Source: Paraspadella gotoi
Taxonomy: Eukaryota; Animalia; Chaetognatha
Length of the DNA: 64,000 nt
Direction: 5' to 3'
Assembly (NCBI GenBank): GCA_051294375.1
Contig: CM119270.1
Location: 8,295,213 to 8,359,212, forward strand
A program made the position numbers and the translations under genes. The notes under the pieces are model-generated. The model worked only from the letters and a program-made list of their open reading frames with translations. It made no database searches and was not told where the DNA came from. This document shows, piece by piece, positions 46,446 through 59,471 of the stretch. Within the stretch, counting starts at the first letter, position 1, and the number at the start of each line of letters is the position of its first letter.

Positions 46446-48739
46446 TCTAGGCAGCCGCTGACCCTGTGTCAGACGCCGCCGTCGTCCCTGCCGAAGCCGG
46501 CGTCGCCGCTGCTACGCGTACGCCGGCCAGTAAAGTCGCCTTTCTTGGTTATAATCGTTTAAGGGGCCCAGTGATAAAAATGATATCATAATTTAAGGGT
46601 CTTCATTAAGGAATTTGAATGGTGATAGTCATTAATTTTTCTTCGCGCGGGAAAGTGGACAAAATTCATTTTCATCTCTCTGTTGCAATTCGAACAAGGA
46701 CAAAGATATTTATTGGAAAATGTTTTAATTGATCTCCCCTAAATACTCGATACCTCTCATTCTCTTACTTTCACTTGGGAAGTCATTTTTTCCATGAATT
46801 TCGAATTTTAATTTTTAAACTGCAGAAACTGAATTCTTGCATCTGGGCCTCCTCGTGATAAAGGAATTTTTAAATAGTGATATAATCTCCTTCATACACG
46901 CAAGGAAAGGACAGAAAAAAAGGTCAAATCCCTCTTAAATTTCAAACAAGGATGTCATTTCCATTTGGTAAACATTCTCTCATGCCTATGTGATTATCTT
47001 TCGGTTTCCGTTGACTGTAGTTTGCAACAGATTTATTTTTAGGAGAGGATAAAGAGTGCTTCCCTTTTTCTCAATACTTGTATTAATGTTGGAGGTTACA
47101 TTTCTATCCAATTAGTGAATTGATTTAAAAAGAAAATGATTTTAAATTTATCCTTACTATAATTTTTCTAACTATTCCCCGATTTTTTTTCTTTTTTTTT
47201 TTATTTTTTGAAGAAAAAAAATAAACAGCGTACGAGGTGGCCCAGACGGAAAGTGATGACTCAACATCGTAACGGAAAAGACTGGACTATTCCAACAATA
47301 AATGGAGTATTGGTGCTAAAATCTTATTATAAAGTTAGTAAAGTAGTGAATTGAATAAATTTAACATCTTAACCAATATTTTTCAACAGAAATAGAAGAC
47401 GACCCAGCAATTACGTCTGCGAGGCTATGAATTTCAAAATCAAATTTATATATAAAATTGAAAATGCATGTTGGTTTCATTATATTTTTTTCCTTTCTCT
47501 TCTCATTTCTATCTCAATCGTTGTATATAAATTTCTATATAAAAATTCAATGACAAAGTGTTCGCCGTCGTTCCTCTTCATTTTTTCGTCATCGGTTTTG
47601 TCTTCCTCTTTCCGTTTTCATCGTTGTTATTGTCGTGTTTGGCGTCTTCTTCCGTCGTTGCGTCATTGGTGTTTTTCGTCTTTGTCGTCATATATTCGTT
47701 GTCGTTTTCCCTAATTTTTTTTTGGTCTTAGTCGCCGAGAGAGAGAGAAGAGAGAAAGAAGAGAGAGAGAGAGTTGGTTTTGTCTTCGTCTTCACGGTCA
47801 GTTTTCATCGTCGTCGTTTTTGTCATCGTCGTTTTTGTCAGTCGTTGTTTTCTCACTGGTCATTTTCCTCGTCGTCGTCTTCACCGATTTCTTTTTCTAA
47901 AATTCTTTCGAATCTAAAAAAAAAAAATAGAAAATAATAAAAAAGTTTAATAAATGAATTAAGTAATAATTTGGTATAATGACAAGCTAAAATAGGTGCT
48001 GCCGCATAGTTCGAATCGAAGTTCGATCAAGATTCCTTTATATTTTCACTCTATTCAACAACTGCCATAGTCACGCAAAAAGAAAATTATACACATATCG
48101 GGCAGTGATTTCTGAAGCTTGGCGTCTGGGAAGCCACGAGGTAAGAGCGCGATCCGAAATTTCCATTTTATCATGCCACAAAACTGGTATTTAATTGACT
48201 GGTCAGGCCGTTTTTTCCTTTTTCCCAAAACCCTGCTTGATCTTTTGGAAAATAGAACAATCATCATATCAGTACCGGTTTCGGTATAGCCTTTTGTCTT
48301 CTCTAACAACAATAAAAAAAGAAAAAGTTTAAATTCTTTGCAATCTTGTATGCTTATAAAAAGCAATCAAATGAACTGGTTTTTTAGGTGAAATATGCAT
48401 AGTCAGCCTTCATTTTTTTCTTGTTCTAAAACCATCGAAGAGAACTGATTGTTTATAACTACATCTGTTTCAGGTAGAGAGCGCGGACTAATTTTAGTCT
48501 ATTTATATTACTTTCATGCAAATACGAATGAACGTCCCGTTTATCGCCCAGGTAAACGCCGATTTTAAGCGCAGATCCGGGCCGTATTTAAAACGTGGTT
48601 ATAAGGGTGTATCTAATGAGGACTTCGATCGACAAAAAAGGAATTGATCATGCGCGCCGAGTTCCGGGCAGATTAAACACAGCTTTTCAACAGGCTTTTA
48701 AAACCGTATTTTCATATTAATGGAACGCGACGAATAGAA

Positions 48740-49032
48740 CGCAAACGAACGAAACGGAACGAAACGGAACGAAACGGAACGAAACGGAACGAAACGGAAC
48801 GAAACGGTAACGAAACGGAACGAAACGGAACGAAACGTGAACGAAACGGAACGAACACGGAACGATAACCGGAACAAACGGAACGAAACGAACGAAACGG
48901 AAACGAAACGCGCAACGTAACGGGAACGAAAACCGGAACGAAACGGATACGAAACGGAACGGAAGCGAAAACGGACAACGAAACGGATACGAAAACGGGA
49001 TCAGAACGGATCGGAACGATCGGATACGGAAC
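48740..49032. repeat. (GGAACGAAAC)n tandem array
   Basis: Direct reading; degenerates towards the 3' side. Confidence 0.9.
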
Positions 49033-49743
49033 GGTTTTCGCCGGTCGGCTTTCTTTCGTTGGATTATTCCACAAACATGAGGCGCGATAATCTTTGGATT
49101 CGTTATGCTTTCAATTGAATGTCTCGGATTAGTTTGTTTCTACTTTATAAAACGATTGATTTTGTAAAAGTGTGATATCATAAGGGAGTTGAAAATTTAG
49201 ATATGGCCTCCTAATGAATCAGATCCTTTGAAATTTGTCATGTTTCATATCAACTTCTTTAATTTTTTGTATGTAAACAAATGTCGAGGACATGACCTAA
49301 TAACGCGTTTCGATGGTAACCGGAAATGTGTACGTGTAATAAAAAATCAACACTGACCCATTTCAACGACGTCGAGGCGTTACGTGTATACAAAAATTCA
49401 ACTTGACCTAAGTCACGCCGCCATTGCGAAGGCAACGGATACGCGACTATAATACGAGAGTTTGACCTAATAAATGCGACTCGCTCTGGCAGGGAAATTT
49501 TGTTGTAAATAAACGTTCGAATCGTCTTGACGCTAGATTTCACCACGTCACTAGGGCAACGAGAGTAAACGAGTTGGGGCTCCTGCAGTCGTTTGTACTC
49601 ATACACGCCACTTAGTTTGTTCTTTTATTTACGCCGAATGATTCACTTCGTGTCACTGAATGATATCATCGCCATCAATCAAATGACTAGTCACTCAATA
49701 TCAATGAATGATCTATACTCATCACAACGAATGCATGTTCTAT

Positions 49744-49970
49744 TCATTTGGTTATCATCACATCAGTCCATTTGTTATCATCGCACCTGATCTTTTTGTT
49801 ATCATAGCATCAATCATTTGGTTATCACGCTCATTATGTTATCATCTGCCATTAAATCATTTGGTTATCATCCGAATCAATTATTGGTTATCATCGCATC
49901 AATTATTGGTTATCATTCGCATAAATCTTTGGTTATAATCGCATCAAATATTTGGTTATCATCGCATCAA
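49744..49970. repeat. ~23-bp degenerate tandem repeat (ATTTGGTTATCATCGCATCAATC)
   Basis: Direct reading. Confidence 0.75.
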
Positions 49971-50169
49971 TAATCATTACTATTACACTCAATAAATTAC
50001 GTATTAGCTCAAATCAATTACTATTACAAAGGCAATCAATTCCTTTTAGCATCACTAATTTCGCTTTATCGCATCATCATTTTCTGGGCGAGATTTAACT
50101 ACTCTTAAGATTTTTTTCTCAATTATACGTTCTTAAAAAGGCCTTTTGGATAAATCACAATCTATACAT

Positions 50170-50836
50170 ATTTTTGATGGATAGATTGAGGTTGAAATTT
50201 TTGTGTGCTGGGTAGAAAATGTGTGACGCAAGCTTGATAAAAATAAAAGTTTCGGCTGAAACGTACCAGTTCGGGAGAAATCGAGTTTAAATGAAAAAAA
50301 TATGAGTCACATTTACTTGAATCCTTTTCTATTTATTTTAACCCATGAATAGATTGAGATGCAAATTTTGTGAGCCCGGTAGGAAAAGTGAGCTGCAAGA
50401 AGCCCTAATATAAATCGTTTTGGACGGAAATGCAAGTTGAAAAAATGATCGCAAGTTCGAAAAAATGATGGCATAGTTAAAAAAAGATTTTAAAAGCATA
50501 AGGATCGTCGCCAATTGCATAAAAAGAGAGAGATGAGATGAGAAAGAAAGAGTGAGTGAGAGAGAGAAGAGACGAGAGAGATGTGAGAGAGAAAGAGAGA
50601 GAGTGTAGAGAGAGAAGGAGACATAAAATAAAATACGAGGATATTTGTTTGTTTTGTATAAATGTAACAAAACCTTAATAACTCTGTCCTGAACTCAATT
50701 TTAATAAAGGACATCGATGATGATAGCTGAATATAAATTATAATTATTATTAATAATTAATTAATTAATTCAATCGATTAATTACATTAATTATTATTTA
50801 AGGCAGAATGCGCACATTGTCTTTGCTCAAACTTGC
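50170..50836 (-). mobile_element. Diverged HINE-like copy
   Basis: Reverse complement of the core (GATGGATAGATTG..GAAATTTTTGTGTG..GGGTAG) appears at ~50176 and again at ~50346. The reverse complement of the 5' terminus (TTTGCTCAAACTTG) lies at ~50822. Confidence 0.55.
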
Positions 50837-51136
50837 TTATTCTTAATAGTGTGGAGAATAAAATACCATAAAATGGCGCTACCGCCTACGCAATCCTTTG
50901 ATCTGTTGCGACATCGTCTTCCACACTCCTCCCTTTCCTCCGCCTTTAATTCTCGATACAATCTCCGTCGATATTTTTTCCGTTTTTAATTCTTGCAACT
51001 TGAAAAAAAATCATAAAATAGCGTTGAACAAAGTGTTAAATTGGTGGATAAAAAATACATTTCAAAAATTGCTGCCATTACCCAACTCCAACTTAATCAT
51101 TTCCCTTTCCANNNNNNNNNNNNNNNNNNNNNNNNN

Positions 51137-51305
51137 TAAACGAGATTGTTGAGAGAGTCTTGATTGAAACCTTGCAGGGACCTGCTATGTCATTATCTTG
51201 TAAGAGTGATGGAGGCCTTAAACCACCAAAGCCTATCCAAAGTCAGGGGCAAGATCAGCTTATTTATAATGGATAATTTTTATATTGGATGTACCAATTT
51301 CATAA
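51137..51305. mobile_element. SINE-like repeat copy 3 (inverted, abuts a gap)
   Basis: Reverse complement of 13365-13535. Confidence 0.75.
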
Positions 51306-51814
51306 TAGTTTTTACTACAAAGCGTGAAAAAGCGGAGAATTTGACCCTTTTTTTGCATTTTTGACGCTGAAGACATTAAAATTTTTAATAACATATTTTA
51401 TATTTTTGATCTAATTTTTTAAGAAGAATCAGAATCTTTAATAAATATTAAAAAAAAATTATTTTGAAAATTTATGATTTTATAAGGATATTACTATAAA
51501 TATATTGTAATTAATGATACTGTTCCCCAAACAATATAAGCAAAATATTTTTTATACTCCTTAATCATACTATCTCACGTCTAAATATCCATGTTTGTTC
51601 ATTTAAACAAAATTTATGTTCGCCAGTGCTCCACTCTATTATGCAGTGAACAACAGACCAAAACTTTGTCATTTGTTTACTTTTAACAAGAAATCTCTTT
51701 TTATTTTTGTAATTGCCAAACTGAAATAAAGTTTAATGAACTCGTCCGATTGGATTTTTTCTCTTTTTTTTTTTGCATAAGTTAAATGTGAGATTTGTAA
51801 CTCTCTCCGTTTTT

Positions 51815-51851
<37 letters not shown>

Positions 51852-53063
51852 CTCTCTCTCTCAGTCTCTCTCTCTCAGTCTCTCTTTCTCTCTCTCTCTC
51901 TTTGAGGTGACACTAAAAAATAAAAAAACATCGAATTCGATTGTTTTTACGATATTCACATTTTAAATAAACTATAAAACAAAATGAAATATTCTCCCCT
52001 TGGAAAAGCTTTAATCAAATCTTTTTCTCTTCTTTCCTTTTTTTATCTCATCTTTATTCGTCTCATCGACCAAAATGAAAAAAAAATGTATTTGAGTAAA
52101 AAATTAAATAGTGTTTGCTTTTTAATTTTTAAAGTGATTTCGTCCGCTCCCCCTCTACACCCCCCGCCGCCCCCCTTCCATCGCCCCTGGAAAATGAAGA
52201 AGTAAAACATTTTTTGTTTGAGTTGAGAGGAAAAACCGTTAAAAAGGTTTAAGGGGAAAAATAGAAGGGAATGAATCACGACGCCACCGAGAAATTCAAC
52301 TTTGAAAAAAAAATATTGTCATTTATTTTTATTTTTTTATTTTTTTATTTTTTTTCTCAATTTTTCGTTTACTATGGTTTTTGACTGTCAATTTCGATTT
52401 TTGTTAGTGTAATTTTTTATTTGTTTGTCTGGATTGACTTTTGGTTCAACTCTTTATTTTGTTTTATAAACAAAATAATTTTTGTGATTGAATCAGTGAT
52501 GAGGCGAAATTTCCTGAGCAATAAGCGTTCTATTTGTTGTTTTTTTTGTTTTTTGTTTTTTTGTTCTTTTTTTTCGCCAGAAAAAAACACACTGACACAA
52601 TCACCCAAACCCAGAACTGGAGCTGTTTTCTGATCAGATCCCCTTCCCGCTGACTTATGGACCAACAATCGGCAGTTTGCCATGAAATTGTTCAAATAGC
52701 GCTAATTCAAATATTATAAATCACTATTGTTCATCTATATATAACTAAAAATAAAAAAAATTAACAATCACGTTCGACGTCGCATTGAATTCTTAAATGT
52801 CACATCTTTAAATTTTTATTTTTCCATGAAATTTCATCGAGGAAACAATTTCTCACACCCAATTATTTTTTCGCAGGCTTCGCGACCTCCCAAAAAGTAT
52901 TATCGCCGTTTTTCCCCCTTTATTTTTAAGCTTACCATTTAATCTATTGCCATTTAACTTTTTGCCATTTAATCAAATGCCAACGTATTTAATATCACCG
53001 GCCCTCAGAAACGCTAAAGGATAAAAATTCAACGCCCACCCCGCTCCCTCATCTCTATTTTCT

Positions 53064-53139
<76 letters not shown>

Positions 53140-53319
53140 CCTCCCCTTTCATAACTTCAATCTCAACGTTTGGTCGCTCCACCCAAATAGACATCCCCCC
53201 AATCTAAGAGCTTAGTAGGGTGGATGACGGAAATATCACAGGGCCTCGCTACCGAGCGCAGAATAACTATCACTTATAGAGGTGACACACCGCAACCGGC
53301 GCTATAAAAAAATCATCAT

Positions 53320-54464
53320 TTGCAAACCAAAGATTTTTTCAATCTGAAAGATTTTTTTTGTAATAAAAACTAAAGTCATTTATATATTTAGATTTCATAT
53401 TGATTGGTTATGATTTGAATGGGCAATAAGTAGAGAAAAGATGCTTTAAAAATCGTATTTTATTTTAAAACTCAAATCTTTTTTTTTTTCAATATTTTTT
53501 TCTAACTTTCTGAATATTTTTAAAGAAAATATCTCCTGAAAGCTCTTGAAAATTTGAAGTGAATAACATATTTAAGAATATTGTAACATAAAAATAAGCT
53601 TAACCAGCTTTTATTTAATCAAGGTAATCAAAATTGAAATAATAAAATCTTAAAATATATTTTTTTGAATATCTGACATATTTAAACTATATTGATTGGA
53701 CTAATTATTGTTTATATAGGTATAATAAAAAAGCTTGAAAAAGACTAAATTAAAATGGTTAACAATAAATTAATAATTATTTCAAATCTGCTCTTTGGTA
53801 CAGCTAATTTAACAGTTATCTTAGTTTTTATTACCTTTGTTAATTTATAGCTGAATAGGCTCATTTTTATATTATTATATTTTTAATTATGCCATTCTCT
53901 TCATATTTTTAAGAGCTTTTAGAAGATATTAATTGTAGAAAATGTTTTATATTTTCTATGCCGAACGGAGGCGAACGTGTTTGCTGAGGTTTTACCTGTT
54001 TGGAAATGTTTTAACGTGAGCTCATTTGAGAGATGTTGAAGAAAAAGAATGTATTTTTAGTACTTTTATTTCCAGTAAATAATCCTCAGAAACTCGTGAA
54101 AACGTAGTTTCTTCTGGTGAAACAATTTCAGTGAGTTTCAAAACTAAACTAAAAAAAAAAAAAAAAAAGTCATAATAATACACAAGGAAATCAAGGAGGG
54201 AGAAAAATGCCTGCAAATTGGCTGAACGGTGAAAAAGAATCGAACATCTTTCACATTAATATTTATGCCTTTTTATATAATTTTTTTTAAATGTTCAGAA
54301 AGTTAGAAAAAAAGATTAAAGAAAAAAAATGTTTTAAAATGAAAGGCGATTTTGAAGGCAACATTTCTCTGCTCATTGCCAAGTCAAATCATAACCAATC
54401 AATATGAAATTTGGTTATATAAATGACTTTGGTTTTTACTAAAAAAAAAAATTCAAAGGTTTGC
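53320..54464. mobile_element. Foldback/MITE-like element with ~200-bp imperfect terminal inverted repeats
   Basis: 53320-53525 is approximately the reverse complement of 54283-54464, with ends TGCAAACC/GGTTTGCA and core ATTTCATATTGATTGGTTATGATTTGA. A related arm lies at ~16425-16720 in the SoxC intron. Confidence 0.65.
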
Positions 54465-55327
54465 ACTGGTTGTATAAGAGCCGAGTAGGGTGGATTACGG
54501 AAAATATCACATGGCCTCACTACCAAGCCAGAACGACTACACTATAAGAGCTTAGTAGGGTGGATGACAGAAAATATAACAGGGCCTCGCTACTGAGCCC
54601 TAACGACTGCCTCCCCCCGTGATCAGAATATCCGCGGTTCTCCCGGTTGGCGTTTGTGAAAAATTCAGTTTTCTGTCTATTTTTTTTTTTATTATTATTT
54701 TTTGGTTCTTTTTGGTCATTCTATCTTTTTTGTCATTTTTATCCTTAATTTAAAATTTTTAATTCCTGTTCTCAACACAAAATGTTCGAAAAGCAAAAGG
54801 ACCGGCGGGTCCTAACAATATCTAAGCATGTTCCTGAGTCTTGATTCTTTTCTCTTTTTGACAACTTATCATCTTCATTGCGTGAAGGTCTTGAATCAGT
54901 TTTTCCGATTTTTCGCTCTCTCTCTCTCTATCTCTCTCTCTCTCTCTCTCTCCCTTAGAAACAAAAACCGAAACAAAAACCAGGAGATGATTAGTGATAT
55001 TTTCATTTTGCAGGCTATTTCGCTTAAATTTGCTATTCATAAACTTTATCCTTTATTGTGACTTTTAAATTATAAAGCTCTAAAAATTTCAAACTTGCTT
55101 TACTTATATAAAATTGGATATTGTATAATTTATTTAAAGTTATAAACTCGAAAGTCAACTGTTCGACTTCAGATGGAGATTTAATTTCCCAACTTTTTTT
55201 TCTCGACTCTTTGAATCGTTAGAAAACGATTCGGCGTTTTTATGGCGGCTTTTAAAAAGTTTGGTTGTCTATCAGTCCTTCGAATGCGCCTTACATTTCG
55301 CTTCTCCCAGGGTACAGAGAGAGGGAG

Positions 55328-55369
<42 letters not shown>

Positions 55370-55699
55370 AGAGAGGAGAGAGAGAGAGAGACTTTAATAT
55401 AATTTTGTTTCAAAGCCTAGCCTCTCGCGTTTTTGCGGTTTTGCCGTTTCAGAAAAACAAAAAGGCAAAAAAAAAAATTTCAAAAACATTTCTCCTGTTA
55501 TTTCTTTGACTTTGCTTCAATTTTTTTCTTTCTTTTCTTGTTTACCTTCCCTCGTCGAGAAGACGGGCTAAGGGGAAACCGTTCAAAGCTAAAAAAAAAC
55601 TCTTATTCACTCAAACCTTTTATAAATATTTATCCGAATAATTATCTCTTGCTTCGGCCTCGAGACTCCGTTTTCCAGACAAATCGTCGCTTGAGTCAC

Positions 55700-56040
55700 G
55701 AGAAGTGAGACTTGATGTGGGAAGTGGAAACTGAGAAGTGAGACTCGATTTGTGAAATAAAAATTGAAAAGTGAGACTTGATGTGGGAAGTGAAAAATAA
55801 AATGTGAAAAGTGTGAGTCGATTTAGGAAGTAAAACCCTAATAATGAGAAGTAAGACTTAATTTAGGAAGTGAAAAGTGATACTCGAATTTCGATTTAAA
55901 AAAATAAAATTGAAAAGTGAGAAATGAGAATTGACATGGGAATTAAAAACTGAAATGTAAGAAGTGAGATTCGAAATGCGAAGTGAAACTGAAAAGCGAA
56001 AAGTGAGGCTCGTAAAATTAAACATGAGAAGTGAGACGCG
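55700..56040. repeat. ~34-bp degenerate tandem repeat (GAAGTGAGACTTGATGTGGGAAGTG..)
   Basis: Direct reading. Confidence 0.7.
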
Positions 56041-57650
56041 ATTCCCTCGAGGACAAAACGATTCAATCTGTCGAGCAAACAGATCTTGGTTGCGAGTCGC
56101 GCGAAAATGAAAGAAAAGTAAACAAATGACGAAACAGATTTTCGGCGACCATTACTTTTACAATTAGTTTAAGGTACTACATTATTTAGAGATCCATTCG
56201 TCGGCGTGACTTAATATTATTAATGTTAATTTTATGTACGGAAGATATTAAAAAAAGAAAAAAAAAAGAAAAATTAGTTTTTGGTTCACTGACTCGAATC
56301 GAATCATCGTAAATAGCGTTTCGAAATCGGGTCGAGAGTTTTTCGGAGGAGAAATCCAAAGAGGGTAGGAGATATCCGAAACAAATATTGAACAGGGAAA
56401 TGCGGGCTTCTCAGAAAAGATTCCCAAGATAAATGGCATGTGGTTTTAAATTACTTGAGGTAAGAATAACAATAACAATCCTCAACCAATCAATCACTAT
56501 GACGTTGGTTCTAATGGAATACGCCGTGGCCTATGAGCATGTGGTGGCCGATGGAAGTTCGACATTTAGAGAACCGTGAAATGCTAAGTATGTTAGGGAA
56601 TGAAATTCGAGGATCAAGCTTGCTTCGGGATTACCGGTCTAAAACGTATACGATTTTAACGCCACGCGTTTACTTAAATTTAACAGCATCAACTAATATA
56701 TTCAACATTCAACAATCAACATTTAGATCCTTAAAAATAACCTTAAAAAACGGAAAACATCATCTTGGGTGGGACAGAGTTCGAATTCCGAAGGTCACTC
56801 CTCGAATTCGAGAACTAAATATCCGAAGGGTCTAATTCCGCCCCCCCTTCCACCCCATTTTCCTCACCCCCCGCCTCCTCCCTCCCCTAGCGCCTTCGAG
56901 AATCGGGGAAAACGGGTCAGGGACGAATTTCCTCGAATCGATTCCATTTTTATCTCTCATTTTTATCTTCGGCCTTCGAGCTTCATCGAAATTCCTTTTC
57001 TCCAGCGGAGTTCCGAAAAGAAAATAATTCCATGGCCCCTCGGCGAGAGTCTCGCTTTGATCCGAATCGATCGCTTGCAAACGTTGAGGTCGACGACGAC
57101 GACGACAATTACGACGACGACGACAGGTCGACGACGATGACGAGTCGACGGACAGGTACAACGATAGGATGTTCCTGACGACGACGACGCAAACACGACA
57201 ACAACTACAACAACAACAACAACCAGAAAGAGACTGCGACAGCGACGATGACGAAAGGTCGGAGCGCGGGAGCAGGTGTTCTTTTGCTTCTCACCTCACA
57301 TATAACCCGAACCTTTAAAGAAAATCTATCTCTCACTCGCTGTCTCTCTAAGAATAGGAAGGATTCTCTCCATATTCCCACCTCTCTTTTTTTTTTCTTC
57401 TTTTGGGTTTTCACGCCGGGCTTTCTCTTTGGTATCTCTCCTTTCCTCTCTCATTCACACTCGCGATCATCAATTTCCGTTGATCTTTTATCCCTCATCT
57501 TCATTCGTTTAACACATGTATTTGTAACAAATTCTTCAAACCATTTGAAATTAAAATTCCTTTTCTTTCCGTTGAACAATTTGGAATAAGTGAAAATATT
57601 ATACACTTCAAATTACATATTACATATTCAAATTATACTAATTCATTGAT

Positions 57651-57849
57651 AGGGAAGCCAGGTACTCTGGGAGTGAATAAACGAGACTGTGAGAGAGTCT
57701 TGATTGAAAGCTTGTAGGGACCTACTATGTCATTATCTTGTAAGAGTGATGGAGGCCTTAAACCACCAAAGCCTGTCCAATGTCAGGGGCAAGATAGTTT
57801 ATTTATTAAATGAATGGATAATTTTTATATTGGTTGTACCGATTTCATA
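57651..57849. mobile_element. SINE-like repeat copy 4 (inverted, longest)
   Basis: Reverse complement of 13365-13558. Confidence 0.8.
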
Positions 57850-58741
57850 TACCAAATTTTAACGTAAATTAAATAGGCTCCATCTACTTTCTCTGGGACT
57901 GAATAAATTATAAATCTTCTTTTAGTCGATATCGAATATCCGGGACTTTTTTTTTATTTCGTTTTCAATTTAGCCCTTCTTTGTTTTTATCTTTTTTTTA
58001 ATTTTTTTTTTTACATTTTGATTGTTTTTAAATGAGTATTGATTTCTTCACCGGGATGAGCCTGCAATCTCTAAATTCAAACCAAGGGCAGTTTATTTTC
58101 TCAGACCCTTCTTCATGAAAAAAAAAAACAATTTTTGTCCAACATAGTCAGTATTTTGTCGCGCATTCGTCTTACATATTCAACTGCACACCGGAACAGT
58201 AGGCAATAATTTAAGATATTGCGAGCAAGCAAGTTCGTCACTTAGTCAACCTTTTGAGTACGCAGAGTTAACTTCATAAGTAAAGCCGGACGCCCACATG
58301 AGCGAACATACTCGACCATACTCGCGATGGACAAACGGGATTTTTCGTCGTCCCGAGTATTCGACGACCAGGACGAAACCGTCTGGCCCGAAATGGGTCA
58401 GGTAGGGATGCTGGGAAAATGGATCGGGTTTGGACGCTGATGGCGTTGAAATAGGTCAGTTAAGAGTTTTGCAGGAGCGAGGGTAGGAAATATGGGTCAG
58501 TTAGTGACGAGGGAGAAATCGAATCAGTTAGTTTATGGATCAGAATTGGAGGATTGTATTCGTCAGTGATGCTGACTGCATAGTTTACGCGGTAGTATTA
58601 ATTAAAGATGAGAAAGCGGAATTTATCACGTTAATAAACGATTTAACTGTATTTATAAAAGTATGTTAATTTAGCAGGCGAACATCTCTGCGGCGAGTGA
58701 ACAGAGCGTCCCCTCGGAGGAAGGTACCTTTNNNNNNNNNN

Positions 58742-59050
58742 ATTTGAACGCGGCGCCGTCCTGTCGCGCGCTGTCGCTGAAGCACTCGTTTGCCGTTCGC
58801 AGATGCGTGGGACTTCGGCACAGCAGCTTCAAACGTGAGGACGAGGACAGATATGTCTTCAGGGGCGAAGAAGAGGAAATGAGGAAGAAGAGGTGACAGG
58901 GGGAGATAGAAAAATGGTGGGGGAGGAAGTGTTGAGATGATTCGCCGAAGTTGTCTAGGCGGAGTTAAAACAAAGGAGAGAGCGAGAGAAAAGAGAGAGA
59001 AAGAGAGAGAGTGAGAGAGAGAGATAAAAGAAAAAAGAAGAAAGAAAGAA

Positions 59051-59086
<36 letters not shown>

Positions 59087-59398
59087 AAAAGAAAGAAAAG
59101 AAAGAAAGAAAGAAAGAAAAAAAGAAAGAAAGAAGAAAGAAAGAAAGAAAGAAGGAAAGGAAAGAAAAGAAAGAAAGAAAGAAAGAAAAGGAAAGAAAGA
59201 AAGAACAATGAAAGAAAAAAAACAGAAAAAAAGAAGAAGAATAGAAAGAAAGAAAGAAAGAAAGAAAGAAGGAAAGAAAGAAACTCGTGATTGAAACCTC
59301 TTCTTATCCTCAGTAACGAAATCTTGACTCGATTTTGGTGCGAACAACAGAGTCACGGCCTCACGAATCTCTGCTACTTCATCAGCGAGGTGTTCATT

Positions 59399-59471
<73 letters not shown>

